DNA of 50,648 nt, filler included, from Jimgerdemannia flammicorona (taxonomy: Eukaryota), in assembly GCA_003990765.1 (NCBI GenBank). It is 2 parts of 2 records of this genome, joined end to end, with 100 filler letters (N's around TTAATTAATTAA, not from the genome) between each part and the next. Parts side by side here need not be neighbours in the genome. Positions count along the whole stretch, not along the records: positions 25,379 to 50,648 come from RBNJ01000857.1; 1 more part is not named here. One strand, given 5' to 3'. Position numbers and translations under genes: made by a program. The notes beneath the pieces are model-generated. The model was not told the DNA's origin and ran no database searches. It was given only the letters and a program-made list of their open reading frames with translations. Below, one piece after another: positions 37,094-47,939 of the stretch. Within the stretch, counting starts at the first letter, position 1. Every line of letters begins with the position of its first letter.

Positions 37094-38084
37094 ATGACCG
37101 CCGTCGCCGAGAAGACCGCCATCCGTGAACCCACTCTCCGCTTCACAGGCAACTCCCTCCAACCCTCATCGCTCGATACCCTCACCGCCGACGAGAAGCA
37201 GCTCGTTACCTCCTTCCGCGACTCCGTCCCCACCATCTTCCCTGGAGAACATAGCCCCGCCATGGCGCGGTTCCTCGCCGACGACCTCACGCTCTACCGA
37301 TACCTGCAGGGCGAGAAGTGGAACCTCGGTCGCGCACAAGCAGCACTGCAGAAGACCATCGCGTGGAGGGACGAGAACGGTGTGGACTCAGGGCTGAGGC
37401 CTGAAGACGTCGAGAAACAGAGTCGGGGGAAGACGAATTATTTCAACGGGTTCGATCGGCATGGGAGGCCGCTCATGTACATAAAGAAGAGGAACGATAA
37501 GGGTGAAGAGTTGAACTTTAAGATGTAAGTACACCTATTTCATCCTTTGATTGGGCTATTCACCGATTTCCTGACACCGCAGAATTGAAATCAAAAGTCT
37601 AGTGCTAACTCCCACCATATCACACAGGGGTATCCAACTCATGGTCCTCGTGCTCGAGACAGCCATCGCGGCGATGCCAAACGGTGTGCACCAGCTCATC
37701 ATTATCCTCGACTTCACGCTCTCCAACCAGGCGCAGCCGACACCATTTTCGGTCGCGATCGAGACCCTGCGCATCCTGACCACACACTACCCAGAGCGCT
37801 TGGCCCGCGCCTGTCTCGTCAACGCGCCCACGGCCATGCGCCTCTCTCTCAACCTCATTTGGCCATTCATGGACGAGCGCACAAAGAGCAAGATCAAATT
37901 CGTCAACGCCGCCCCTACCGGAACCACACCCGCCACGGGAGGGTCCAAGACGGGCAAGAACGATTTGCTCGAGTGCATCGAGGCCGAAGCCCTCGAGACC
38001 ACGTATGGGGGGACGCTGGAGTTCGAATACAATCATGATGTGTATTGGCAGAAGGCGAGGGAGGAGGGGCTCGTGCAGGCGTGA
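37094..38084 (+). CDS. CRAL-TRIO (Sec14/Pdr16-like) lipid-transfer protein; exons 37094-37524, 37628-38084 (~295 aa)
   Basis: DLTLYRYL...KWN...A...L.KT..WR, GFDRHGRPLMY, HYPERLA....NAP, IWPFMD..TKSKIKF, LE..YGG.LEFEY.H..YW. One GT-AG intron restores the frame. Confidence 0.9.
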
Positions 38085-39362
38085 AGGTTGATGAGTGTTC
38101 TTGCATATATAAAGACATATCTTGTACAGTAGTAATCAGCTCGAATATTTTTTATATCCACGTTCTTCCGGATATATATATATTGTAACTTAATCTTGCA
38201 TACAGTTCATGGACCATTACCAAACATTTTTCGAGGATCTCTCGGATGGCATTCACATTCAACTTTTTATTTCCTCTTTTATTGACAATATTGACTTTTT
38301 TTTTTATGACATCTCAATGACAATTTCATGGTTCAGTTTAAGTTTAAATTTGCGAAGGTCCACTGTTCCTGTGCCCAGGTCTCAAAACGTGGTATAGAAA
38401 GAAATACTCTCTAATGGGCATTTCCCCTTTTTTAACAATTATGTTACCACTGGTCGACGTGCGTTTCCCAGTATGTAATTATATACATGATCCGAATAGC
38501 CGACGTCCGAAGAGCCATTGCGAAAAGGGCATCGCAGAAGGGCCGCTACATCTCATAAGGTGCCGTATAAACGCATATCCGCTTACCAGAACATACCAAC
38601 GCATACACGAAAATGGGGACGTGAGTGTGTCGTCTTGTTCTTGTTCACATCCTTCAACACTGGACGGCACACCACGAACAACGACGATTCTCCCAAGCCT
38701 TAAACGGAGAAATTCTCGTTAAAGGGAAAAAGCCCAAAACCGAAAACCGACCATGTCCAAGTCTTTCATGCAAGGAACCCAAGCTCAATCTCACGTCCAA
38801 GCACCGCAACGAGAGGATTCCCGTAACAAGCCAAAGGAGCAAGCGGTCATTGGAAGTACGTAATGTCGGGTTATATCTATCACCTTGTCGCGAAGAGAAG
38901 GTCGTGCGCAGCACTATAAGGTCTGCAATCATCCTATGCCACGATCACCACTGATGTTTTCAGCGGGTTTCATTAAGCCGCAGTGATATTCACCTTGAGA
39001 ACAGGATCCCTGATTGAAGATATTTCTTTCTTTTCAAGAAGACAAAAATCGCAGGGCTCAAAGTGTTTGTCAATTTCGGCATCTTCACGTTTTGCTACAA
39101 AGTTAAATTACGGTTTGCACTAGTCCAGTTTCATCAACGGCATGCCACTACCACCTTGGTCTGTTCCCGTTATTCCCAAACTGTATAAATCCACAAACCA
39201 GCTTCGGTTATTCTCGACAAGGATGCGGCGCAGACAGCGGCCCGCTTTTTTATCCCATATACGGCCGCGTGACAAGCCCCCCCACGAGAACGATTGCGTT
39301 CATGCAAAAGTTTAAAGCCGAGGGGGGGCAAGTCCGAAAATAGCAGTCACATATGGACTTCC

Positions 39363-39480
39363 GTTCGTCCTCCAACTTCCACCATCGCTCGTTCGTCCTC
39401 CAACTTCCACCATCACTCATTCGTCCCCTAACTTCCACCATTGCCCCCAACTGCTCATTTGTCACCTGACTTCCACCACC
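39363..39480. repeat. 28-bp tandem repeat, ~4 progressively decaying copies
   Basis: Unit GTTCGTCCTCCAACTTCCACCATCGCTC; later copies lose CpGs. Confidence 0.85.
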
Positions 39481-39489
39481 TTCTCATGA

Positions 39490-40488
39490 GTGAATAAATA
39501 AATGAATAAAACCCTTTATTTTGAAGTTATTACATACTAAATATTGAAGATGACATTCTGAGAAATAAGGTAATGTGATCTATACTTTTTAACCATATAT
39601 TCTGCATTTTTTGCATCAAGTTTTTTATAATATATATCTACACAACAAAAGTATAATAGTATATTAATAAATTATTATAAGGTTTACTGATAAAAGTTTT
39701 TAAAATAATATTAAAAGATGAGAAAATTTATTACTCTTCAGAAATATACTATATAATTAATTTTACAATAAAACTTTAGATAAAAAATATATTTATAATT
39801 AGTAGCTTCATTTTTTTATTATTATATATATATTATAATATTTATTATTATTATTATTATTATTAACTATAATTTATATTTTAAAAAGTATTACTTTTAA
39901 TTTTTTAACTTTATCTTAAAGTGTTACAATTAAATATAATTATTAAAGTAGATAATTTATTATTTAATACTATTAAATAATTCTAATTATATTAATAATT
40001 ATTTACTACTTAGATTTAGATTTATCTTATATATAGTAAAAATATTAAATTATTATTAAAAATAAATATATCAATATAGTTAAATAAATCTATTTAAAAA
40101 CAATAATAATCTAATACAAATATAAAAAATAAAAAAGATATATTTAGATGTTTAATAATATCAAATAAAATTACTTATTATAGTACTATAGTTTCTTAAT
40201 TTTTTTAAATTAAATTAAAGTTTAATTTGATTTGAGTTACAATTTAAATCTTAATTTTTAAAACTCAATAACTTTTATTAAATTTATCTTATTTAGAGAA
40301 ATCTATTATTATTATATTTATCTTTTTATATATATTTATTACTAATAATCTATTATCTAACTTTTGTCATTAATATGTATATTAAAGATTAATACTAAAG
40401 CTATCTTTTATTTTATTTTTATTTATCAGTTTAAATTTATTATTATTATTATTATTATATTTTTTTAAAAAAAATACTATATAGTAAG

Positions 40489-40524
<36 letters not shown>

Positions 40525-40740
40525 CTAAAAGTGAACTAGTAATAGAGAATAAATAAACAAGTAAGTAATAATAGAAAATAATTAAGTAAAAGAATAAATA
40601 AATAAATAAGATAATAATAGAACAAATAAGTATACTATATAGTGAGATAATAGTAGAGTCAAATAAGTAGATAATGAACAAGTATAATTATGGCTGTTTA
40701 ATAAGTTACATTATCAGTAACCTAGGACTATCACTAGCTA
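39490..40740. mobile_element. Extremely AT-rich hypermutated repeat relic
   Basis: Abrupt block nearly devoid of C/G, TpA-rich, with (TAA)n/(TTA)n runs. No credible coding signal. Confidence 0.5.
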
Positions 40741-41975
40741 AAAATGAATTTTTTCAAAGGCTTATTCTTCAACAAAATATTAAAAAGAGCTTTATATATT
40801 TATAGCCAAATAGTTTTCCTCAATACAATGAAGCTGTTTTTGAAATAATGTTTGTGTAAATGGGAGTAATATTACCTTAAAGATGTTTTTTGAGTACAGA
40901 TGAGTATAGACTTGGTGCCATAATCGAGCGATCATGTCTTTATCTTGCTTATATTGGCATCCTTCATACAAATACCCATTCAGAGTCCGCCGGGCGAAAG
41001 CCACCCCGAACTTGAGCTGACATTGGCTCTCACCGCTGGTATTGCGGACGATATATCAATATCAGGCAGTGTTCTCTGAACTATTGCTAGCGATTGTAAG
41101 TCATTCAGCCGGGTCTTGATTGAAAAAGATCACCTGGAGGTGATGCGATATCGGAGACACCGGAGGTGACCAACCAGGTCTCAGACCCCAGTATTCTCAG
41201 CAAACAATGCATCATTGATCTATAATTATTGTTTAACTATTAAGAACAGGCCAATGCAAGGGTTGCGTATGAACTATATACCACATAAGGAAATCGAATT
41301 ATATACCCTAGTCAGTAGGCATCATCTGCCTCGCCGCTTATTTATGCTTCTAAGGGAAGGGGCAATGAGGTAAGTGGGATTTCTACAGGAGCATTCGTGT
41401 TACCAGGGAAATTATGGAAATTATCAACTACGGGTGGTAATATATTAAAAAACCTCGTCTCGAGTATGAATTGTGTCAACAACTAATAGATTTGTAGGGT
41501 GAGATAATAATCACTGGGCCCACCCATCACGTCTATTAGTCATGATATTGAACAAAGCAAAGGTTTTGTTGCTGACAGTGTGTTTTACAAACCAACCCAC
41601 TAACATTCGAGGGCGCTGATCACAATCGATTATGGAAATTACCTAAAGCAGGTTTGCCAACTGCCACATGATATTTCAAGACACATTATAAACCACGCCA
41701 CCAATTTAGGTCTCGGCAAATGTGTTATTATGTTATTTGAGGTGGCTAGGACGAGAAAGGTAAGGCGGAAAGGAATGGACGCGAGGGTCGCACAAGATCA
41801 AACGGGTCCTGTCTCCTGTTGCCGATGGGTTCAGAACGATGTTTTGGATTTTGAATGTATACAGAAAGCCTGCGGCACGTGAAATCCAAGATTTACTTTG
41901 GCGATCGCCCTTTAAATACGCAGCTCGCTGAGGTTCCGCGACACTTGAATTCCGCTGGGTCATCCATCACGCGAT

Positions 41976-44331
41976 ATGTCAATTGACAAGCGCGAAGATG
42001 ACGGTCCCATAATCGACAAGAAGGATTTCGCAGAGGATTCTACAACAACCGACTTGGAGGGGGTGCTCGCGTCTGTAACCGAAGGCGGCACATTAACTCA
42101 AAGGGAGCTCTGGGGATGGTGGATCTGGGGTTGGGGGGTTAGTTTGATATCTCCTTATCGTCCGTCTTCTTTACGCCTTTATCGACGATACGATTTCTAA
42201 CGTCGATCCATTCGTATCCCCTCAAGGTCAACGGTTTTGGTGGATCCGCGCAAGGCGTCTTCATCCCAGTCATTCTATCCTCCTTGGCTGTAGCCGCCTC
42301 CTTCAGAAGTGATGATCCATCTCAGCCATGTGCCGGCGCCGAGAACTGCATCGTCCGGTTCGGAACCATGAACGTGTCACCGGCGTCTTTCTCTCTTTTC
42401 AACCAAGGCCTCGCCATAGCGTTCCAGGTTGTGACGTTCATCCAGCTGGGAGCCATCGGTGATCACGGAAGTGCGTATGCGTTGATAACTGATAACCCGT
42501 CTCACTATTCGTCCAAAGAGCCAAAAGGCCGGCCATTCTTCAAACTGATCCAACTTACCCCCTTCAGACTACCGCAAGCACCTTCTCTTCGGCTGTAGCT
42601 TGATTTCGCAAATCTGCTGCCTTCTTTTCATCGCCGTCGATTCAACCGGTTACCAGCTCGCCGGCATCATCAACATCATTGCCAACGTCTTCTGGGGCGC
42701 CTCTTGGGTCTTCGCGACATCATACCTTCCTCTCTTCGCCATGCTGTCCCCCCAGGTGAAGCGCGCTCGCCAAGAAGGCGTACCCCTCCATGAGCTCGTC
42801 CGCGTCGAGCAGGAGGTCATGTCACACATCTCCGGAAGGCTCATACTGATCGCCTACACGGGTGGAACCGTTTGTTTCCTCATCGCAGCCGGCGCAGTCC
42901 TGGCGCTGCGGCAGACCACATACAGCTTGCAGGTCGCTACCGCTATCGGCGGCGGGTGGTGGGTGACATTTGGTGCCGTGTCGTGGTTCTTGTTGACCTC
43001 TAGACCATCGCCGCCGCTGCCGGCGGGGGAAAATTATTTGACGTATCCGTGGAAGAGGTGTACGTATTTTTGGCGGATTTTTGGGAGTGATATTTTAAGA
43101 TATGCAGTAAGGCAGACGCACCCTTCGTTTTCTCTCGTCTAAAAACATACAACTACTGCAACTGGCTCGTTTTCATCAGTGTACCGTTCTCTTAAGACTG
43201 GGCATCGTTTGCCTGACATGACCACGATTTTGATCGCGAATTTCTTTTTCAGTGATGGTAAGTTGCCATATTGCTTATCTCAATATTGAATACACCGCAC
43301 ATATATTAACACAAAATTATATTTCAAAAACTTCAAAACAGCGAGACACACAACCATCAGTCTTGCAGTCCTCTTTGCGCAATTTGAACTGGTAAGCACG
43401 ACAATCCAATTCACCCAATTCCACACCCTCGCGCCCACTAACCTTCCCTCCCTACAAACAGAAAGCCTCGAACGCTATACTCATCGTTGCGGCCATCGTC
43501 GTGAACGCCGTCGGGGCCCTGACAATCCCCTGCTGGCGGCTCTTACAGAGACAGCTCAAGCTGCACTCCAAGACGATCATAATGACCGTCGTCATCACAT
43601 ACACCATCCTTCCCGCGTACATCCTTCTCGGCTTCATCCCAGGATCCCCCATCGGCCTCAAATCGACTACGGAGTTCATTATTATAGCGAGCTACTTGGG
43701 CTTCGTCAATGGCGCGCAGGATTACATCATGCGCAGCGTTTTCGCAGAGACTGTACCGCGTGGACATGAGTCGGAGATGTTTGGCTTGTTTGCGGTAGGT
43801 TAGCGGGTTGGGAGTAGGGCATGGATGGGTTTTAAGAGATGCGCATTGCATAGTTCAAGCGAAATGGGTTGGAAAGAGTGATATGTCAACCCTGCCCTTT
43901 CTTTTCAAAAAAAAAAAAAAAAAATGCGGACCCAATATCCTTGTGATCATATTGAAATTGCCATTATAATGAGACCGACCATCAAACGCTAACGACCCCT
44001 CATCACATTAACCACAGCTTACCGGACAAAGTGGAAGCTGGATGGGGCCCTTGATTGTCGGTAAGTGTTTTGGAGACTTTCGCTGCATCAGAGACGATAC
44101 ATTCCACCTGGCGAGAGTAATTTTTCACAATCTAACCGCTCTCTTTCTCCCATGTCACTAGGCGCCATCGGCGATTACACGGGTAATTTGCGACATGGAT
44201 TCATTTTCATTTTCGCGTTCTTTATCGTGTCGATTTTCATACTATGCTTTTTGGACATGGAGAGGAGCAAGCGGGCGGCAGAGGCCTTTGTAGAAAGAGA
44301 GAGAATGGAGGATGAGGAGCGGAAGAAATAG
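41976..44331 (+). CDS. ATG22: Atg22-family MFS vacuolar amino-acid efflux transporter (multi-exon)
   Basis: RELWGWW, VFIPVIL, SPASFSLF, GAIGDHG/NYRK, SYLP, RPSPPLPAGENYL, FFFSDG, RSVFAE.VPRGHESEMFGLFA..TGQSGSWMGP, TGNLRHGF. GT-AG introns from 42138 onward. Confidence 0.88.
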
Positions 44332-44499
44332 ATGCCAACCGGGCCATATTTAATATTCGACATAATTATATATATACCTCACTTTGTAATTACTGAATAA
44401 TTTTGTAAGGATAATGTACAGTACATACATTTGACATTCGCAAACAAAAAAATACAGCAAAACAAAACCGATACCCCGAACCCCTTTCCTTGACATTAC

Positions 44500-45090
44500 T
44501 CAAATATTCTCAACCAAACCGGCAATGATCTCGTCGACGCTGACCGTGCGCGTCTTCCACAGCTCCTCCAGCAGAGCCGACTGCAACCTGACGTTCGGCT
44601 CGAACGTACACTCACGCACGACCCTGTAGGGGAAATCCAGATCGGCCGCCGCCTGGGTCGCGCTCAGCACGCAGCCGCTAGTCGATATGCCCGCGAGATA
44701 TATCAGCTTGACATCGAGAGAGCGCAGCAGGATCTCGAGCTCGGTCCCGTAGAAGGCGCTGCCGCGACGACGCTTGATGACGAAGTCGCCCTCGCGCGGG
44801 GCCATGTCGGCGTGGAACGCGGCGCCGGTCGTGCCGGCGACGAAGACGCCCGTGCTCTCGATCCACTCCCGTAGGAAGAAGCCGCGGGCTTCCGGGTAGC
44901 CCGCACGGAACTCTATGGCCAAATGGACGATAACTATGTCCTTGGCCTTGTGGGCGGCGGCGTGGAGGCGCACCGAAGACGCCAGGAACGCGGATTTGAC
45001 AGGCGAGGCCGGGAAGAAGTCTAGAATGTCGTTTTGGTAGTCCATGAACAAGATGGCTGTGCGGCCCGTGGTCGCGTTCGGGGTCGTCAT
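44500..45090 (-). CDS. Isochorismatase-family cysteine hydrolase (intronless, ~196 aa)
   Basis: TAILFMDYQND, IKRRRGSAFYGTELEILLR, LAGISTSGCVLSAT..AADLDF..VV.EC. ATG at 45090. Confidence 0.9.
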   Translation of the reverse strand: MTTPNATTGRTAILFMDYQNDILDFFPASPVKSAFLASSVRLHAAAHKAKDIVIVHLAIEFRAGYPEARGFFLREWIESTGVFVAGTTGAAFHADMAPREGDFVIKRRRGSAFYGTELEILLRSLDVKLIYLAGISTSGCVLSATQAAADLDFPYRVVRECTFEPNVRLQSALLEELWKTRTVSVDEIIAGLVENI

Positions 45091-45321
45091 GGTTAGAGAG
45101 AGAGGGAGAGGTGTGGTGAAGCGCGAAAGCTTTATGTGGCTTGTTAATTTATGTTCCGCCAAATATTGATCGTAGGCCGTGAATTTGAATATGCGGATTT
45201 CTAGGGCGAATGCACGCGGATTCCCAATCGTTGGACTGAATTTATTGTTAACGACGAACATCCATTATTTATACCTAATACTACTCTTACGTAATCGCGC
45301 CGCGTACCCTCCTCCCTGGGG

Positions 45322-45395
45322 TACGCGCAAGCTGCGTAGAACCATTTTCAGCTTGGGTATATACGCGTAAGCTGCGTAGAACCATTTTCAGCTTG
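45322..45395. repeat. 34-bp direct repeat x2 (40-bp period) upstream of the isochorismatase
   Basis: TACGCG(C/T)AAGCTGCGTAGAACCATTTTCAGCTTG at 45322 and 45362. Confidence 0.9.
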
Positions 45396-45479
45396 TGTAA
45401 CCGCCATTCCAGATTTTGTTGCGCTAATGTTCCAAGTCGTCATTCCACCGGCCTCTATACTCGACACTAGTTTTCACTT

Positions 45480-46095
45480 GGAGATCGGGTTTATTTTTAT
45501 TTTTTATTTAGAGGTTATTTATTCATTTATTTCTTGGTGGGACTTGTACTTCTTCACTGCATGTTCAGCCGCTTTGTATCCGAGATCAATTTGATAAGTA
45601 CTCATATGTCTTTGAGCTCTGCAGCAGAATTTTCAAATCTTCTAAAGCTAGCATAGCTCTTACAGTTCTCTTCAATATATTCTAGATATAGTTACAGGAT
45701 ATACCACTTGATAGTCTTCTCAGAAGTATTTAATAAAGTTCAGTTTATAGTAAAATTTTAGTAAAAGAGATATTTATAATTTACCTTTTCAATAACTTTT
45801 TAGATTTGAAATATATATATATATATTCTCTTATAAAATGAAATTATATATATATAATATATAGTGATATTATCTTTACTGATATTTTACATTATGTCTC
45901 TAACCTTTCTATTAATTGGTCAAAGATACTAATCTTTAAACATAACTTTGAGGTTCTTGAGCTATTGATGAAATATCTTAATTAAGTAGTTATTAGAAAA
46001 TAAAGTTACTATGAAGATATATAACTATTTTGTTTATCTTACAAATAAAGAGGGTATTTAGAATAAAGACATATAGTTAAAATTATTCATCTATA
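45480..46095. mobile_element. AT-rich hypermutated repeat relic
   Basis: AT/TpA-rich core with CpG-containing flanks; boundaries approximate. Confidence 0.4.
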
Positions 46096-47159
46096 ATTCG
46101 CGTCCTCCAAGACCTCGGTGAAGACCACAAGTACCTGAATTATCTAGGAGTGGACGGGCAGTTGGTCCCAACCGAGTTTGCTGGATAGACACTTGCGTGC
46201 CAGGGGCAAAGCGCGGCGGGGCTCAGGTGACAAGTTGCAGATATTGATAAGCAGCGCAGCCCCCCTGCTATATTTGCGATTCCACATTCATTCACACACA
46301 GCTATGCAAAATAAAAATACATGTCACGATTTCTCAAACGAGGTTTTGGTATTGGGTCTTGATGAGGATAGCATGGTTTGCGGAAAAGATGTTGAAGAAA
46401 ATGTGGATGGAGGAGGAGATGAAAATATTTGTGGCCGAGTGAGCCAAATGAGTGGCTGTTGGTGGGAATAGGAACTCTGATGAACATGCAATCCTATGCC
46501 ACTGGACTTTATACTTGCACAATGCCGCCCGCTCTCATCATGACGCTGAATCTACGGCAACCAACTCAGTCCTAGTCATATTCAACGATGTTCAAACATT
46601 ACCAATGCACATTCTTACCAGACCTCTCCATCTTCACTCTTCTCATCACCACTGACGACCGCCAAGTTCTCTTGTCCTCGTCACCGCTCCTCAGACAACC
46701 TCGATGATCTCTTCCACCATACGGGCTGAGTATCTTAGGGCGATAGAAGCAATAGTCGGCGGTAATATGAGGCAACCTTTTTTGGAGTATGGTGACGAGA
46801 TCGTGTAGAGTAAAGAGCTCTTGAATAGCGGGAATTTTGGGATTGAGGTTGAAGATAGCCAAGATTCTGTGATATTTAGAACCCTGCCCTATGAACCAAT
46901 TTTCGTCGAAGTTCCGCATGCTACATGACGAATCCATGCTTTATCCTCTCTCCTCCGCCACCTTGTCGCGGGCACCACCCGTATCGCGCGAACATCCTCC
47001 TATCCACTTTTAAGATGGAGCTTTTACGCGGACAGGTGAGAAGAATGGAAGAGTGGTTTTCACTGATGCAATTTTTATTAATGGATAGAATAGCTGTGAC
47101 AAAATTGACTGGATGATGGATTGCTGAACCTGTGGAATCCCATTGTTCTTTCAGTCTGC

Positions 47160-47767
47160 TTTCACTGAGAAATTGACTGAGGTTTATTTGCTCAAATGCT
47201 AAGTGTATTTATACAAAATCCTTTAGTCATGTTCTATTAACTAAATAATAGATTCTGAAGCAATTGGGTGGAGCGGGTCTTGTGTCATGATGGAGCAGGT
47301 CACGTTATCCAGCAGATGAACGTTTTCTGCGATAGTGACATCACAATTTTGATTATGTCACAGTCTTGAGCACTCCATATTGCATTTTTGTTGATCTGAT
47401 AGAATTCCAATGATTCCAATGTAGATACCCTAGGGTGTGTACCTGACTGACAATCCAAAGAACGCCTATCAGCCAATCTACTCCCCTTATATTTCTTTTA
47501 TCTGCTTTACCCAATGTCGAAATCCACCTTCCTGGCAATTGTCACGTTGTTCGCAACCGTAGCCCATCTCGCCGGTTCACACCTGTCCTCTAGTATGGCC
47601 GGGCTGCCGTGCTTATCCACGACACTATCATCGTAGGCGATGTAGTAATTTTTCACTGAGAAATTGAATAAGGGTTTATTCGCTTAAATTACATGCAAAA
47701 TTCTTTAAGTAATAAATTCTAAAGCAATTGGGTGGAGCGGGTCTTGGGTCGTGATGGAGCAGGTCGC
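47160..47767 (+). repeat. Diverged ~120-145-bp direct repeat pair (47160-47302 and 47651-47767)
   Basis: Both begin TTTCACTGAGAAATTGA and end AGCAATTGGGTGGAGCGGGTCTTG.GTC.TGATGGAGCAGGTC. Confidence 0.85.
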
Positions 47768-47939
47768 AAAATCCGTGTGCTTACAGCGTGGACTGGAAGA
47801 ATGAACGAAAGTGGACTGGAAGTGCGGTGGCAACATCGTGACGTGACAGACCGTCCCGGATCGGGACGCGTAAAGTGGCAAAACAATTGTACTGTGACAA
47901 GCGAATAACATAGTATAGCCAGATGACGTGAACACTCAG

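Noticed and set aside
38400..39250. Short overlapping ORFs; also 40792-41004
   Set aside because: No recognisable motifs or consistent exon structure. They may be gene remnants but cannot be called.
40382..40681. 99-aa hydrophobic ORF
   Set aside because: Artefact of low-complexity AT-rich sequence.
46599..46990. Possible HRDC/RecQ-like C-terminal relic
   Set aside because: Only a vague resemblance requiring a frameshift; not supportable without a profile search.
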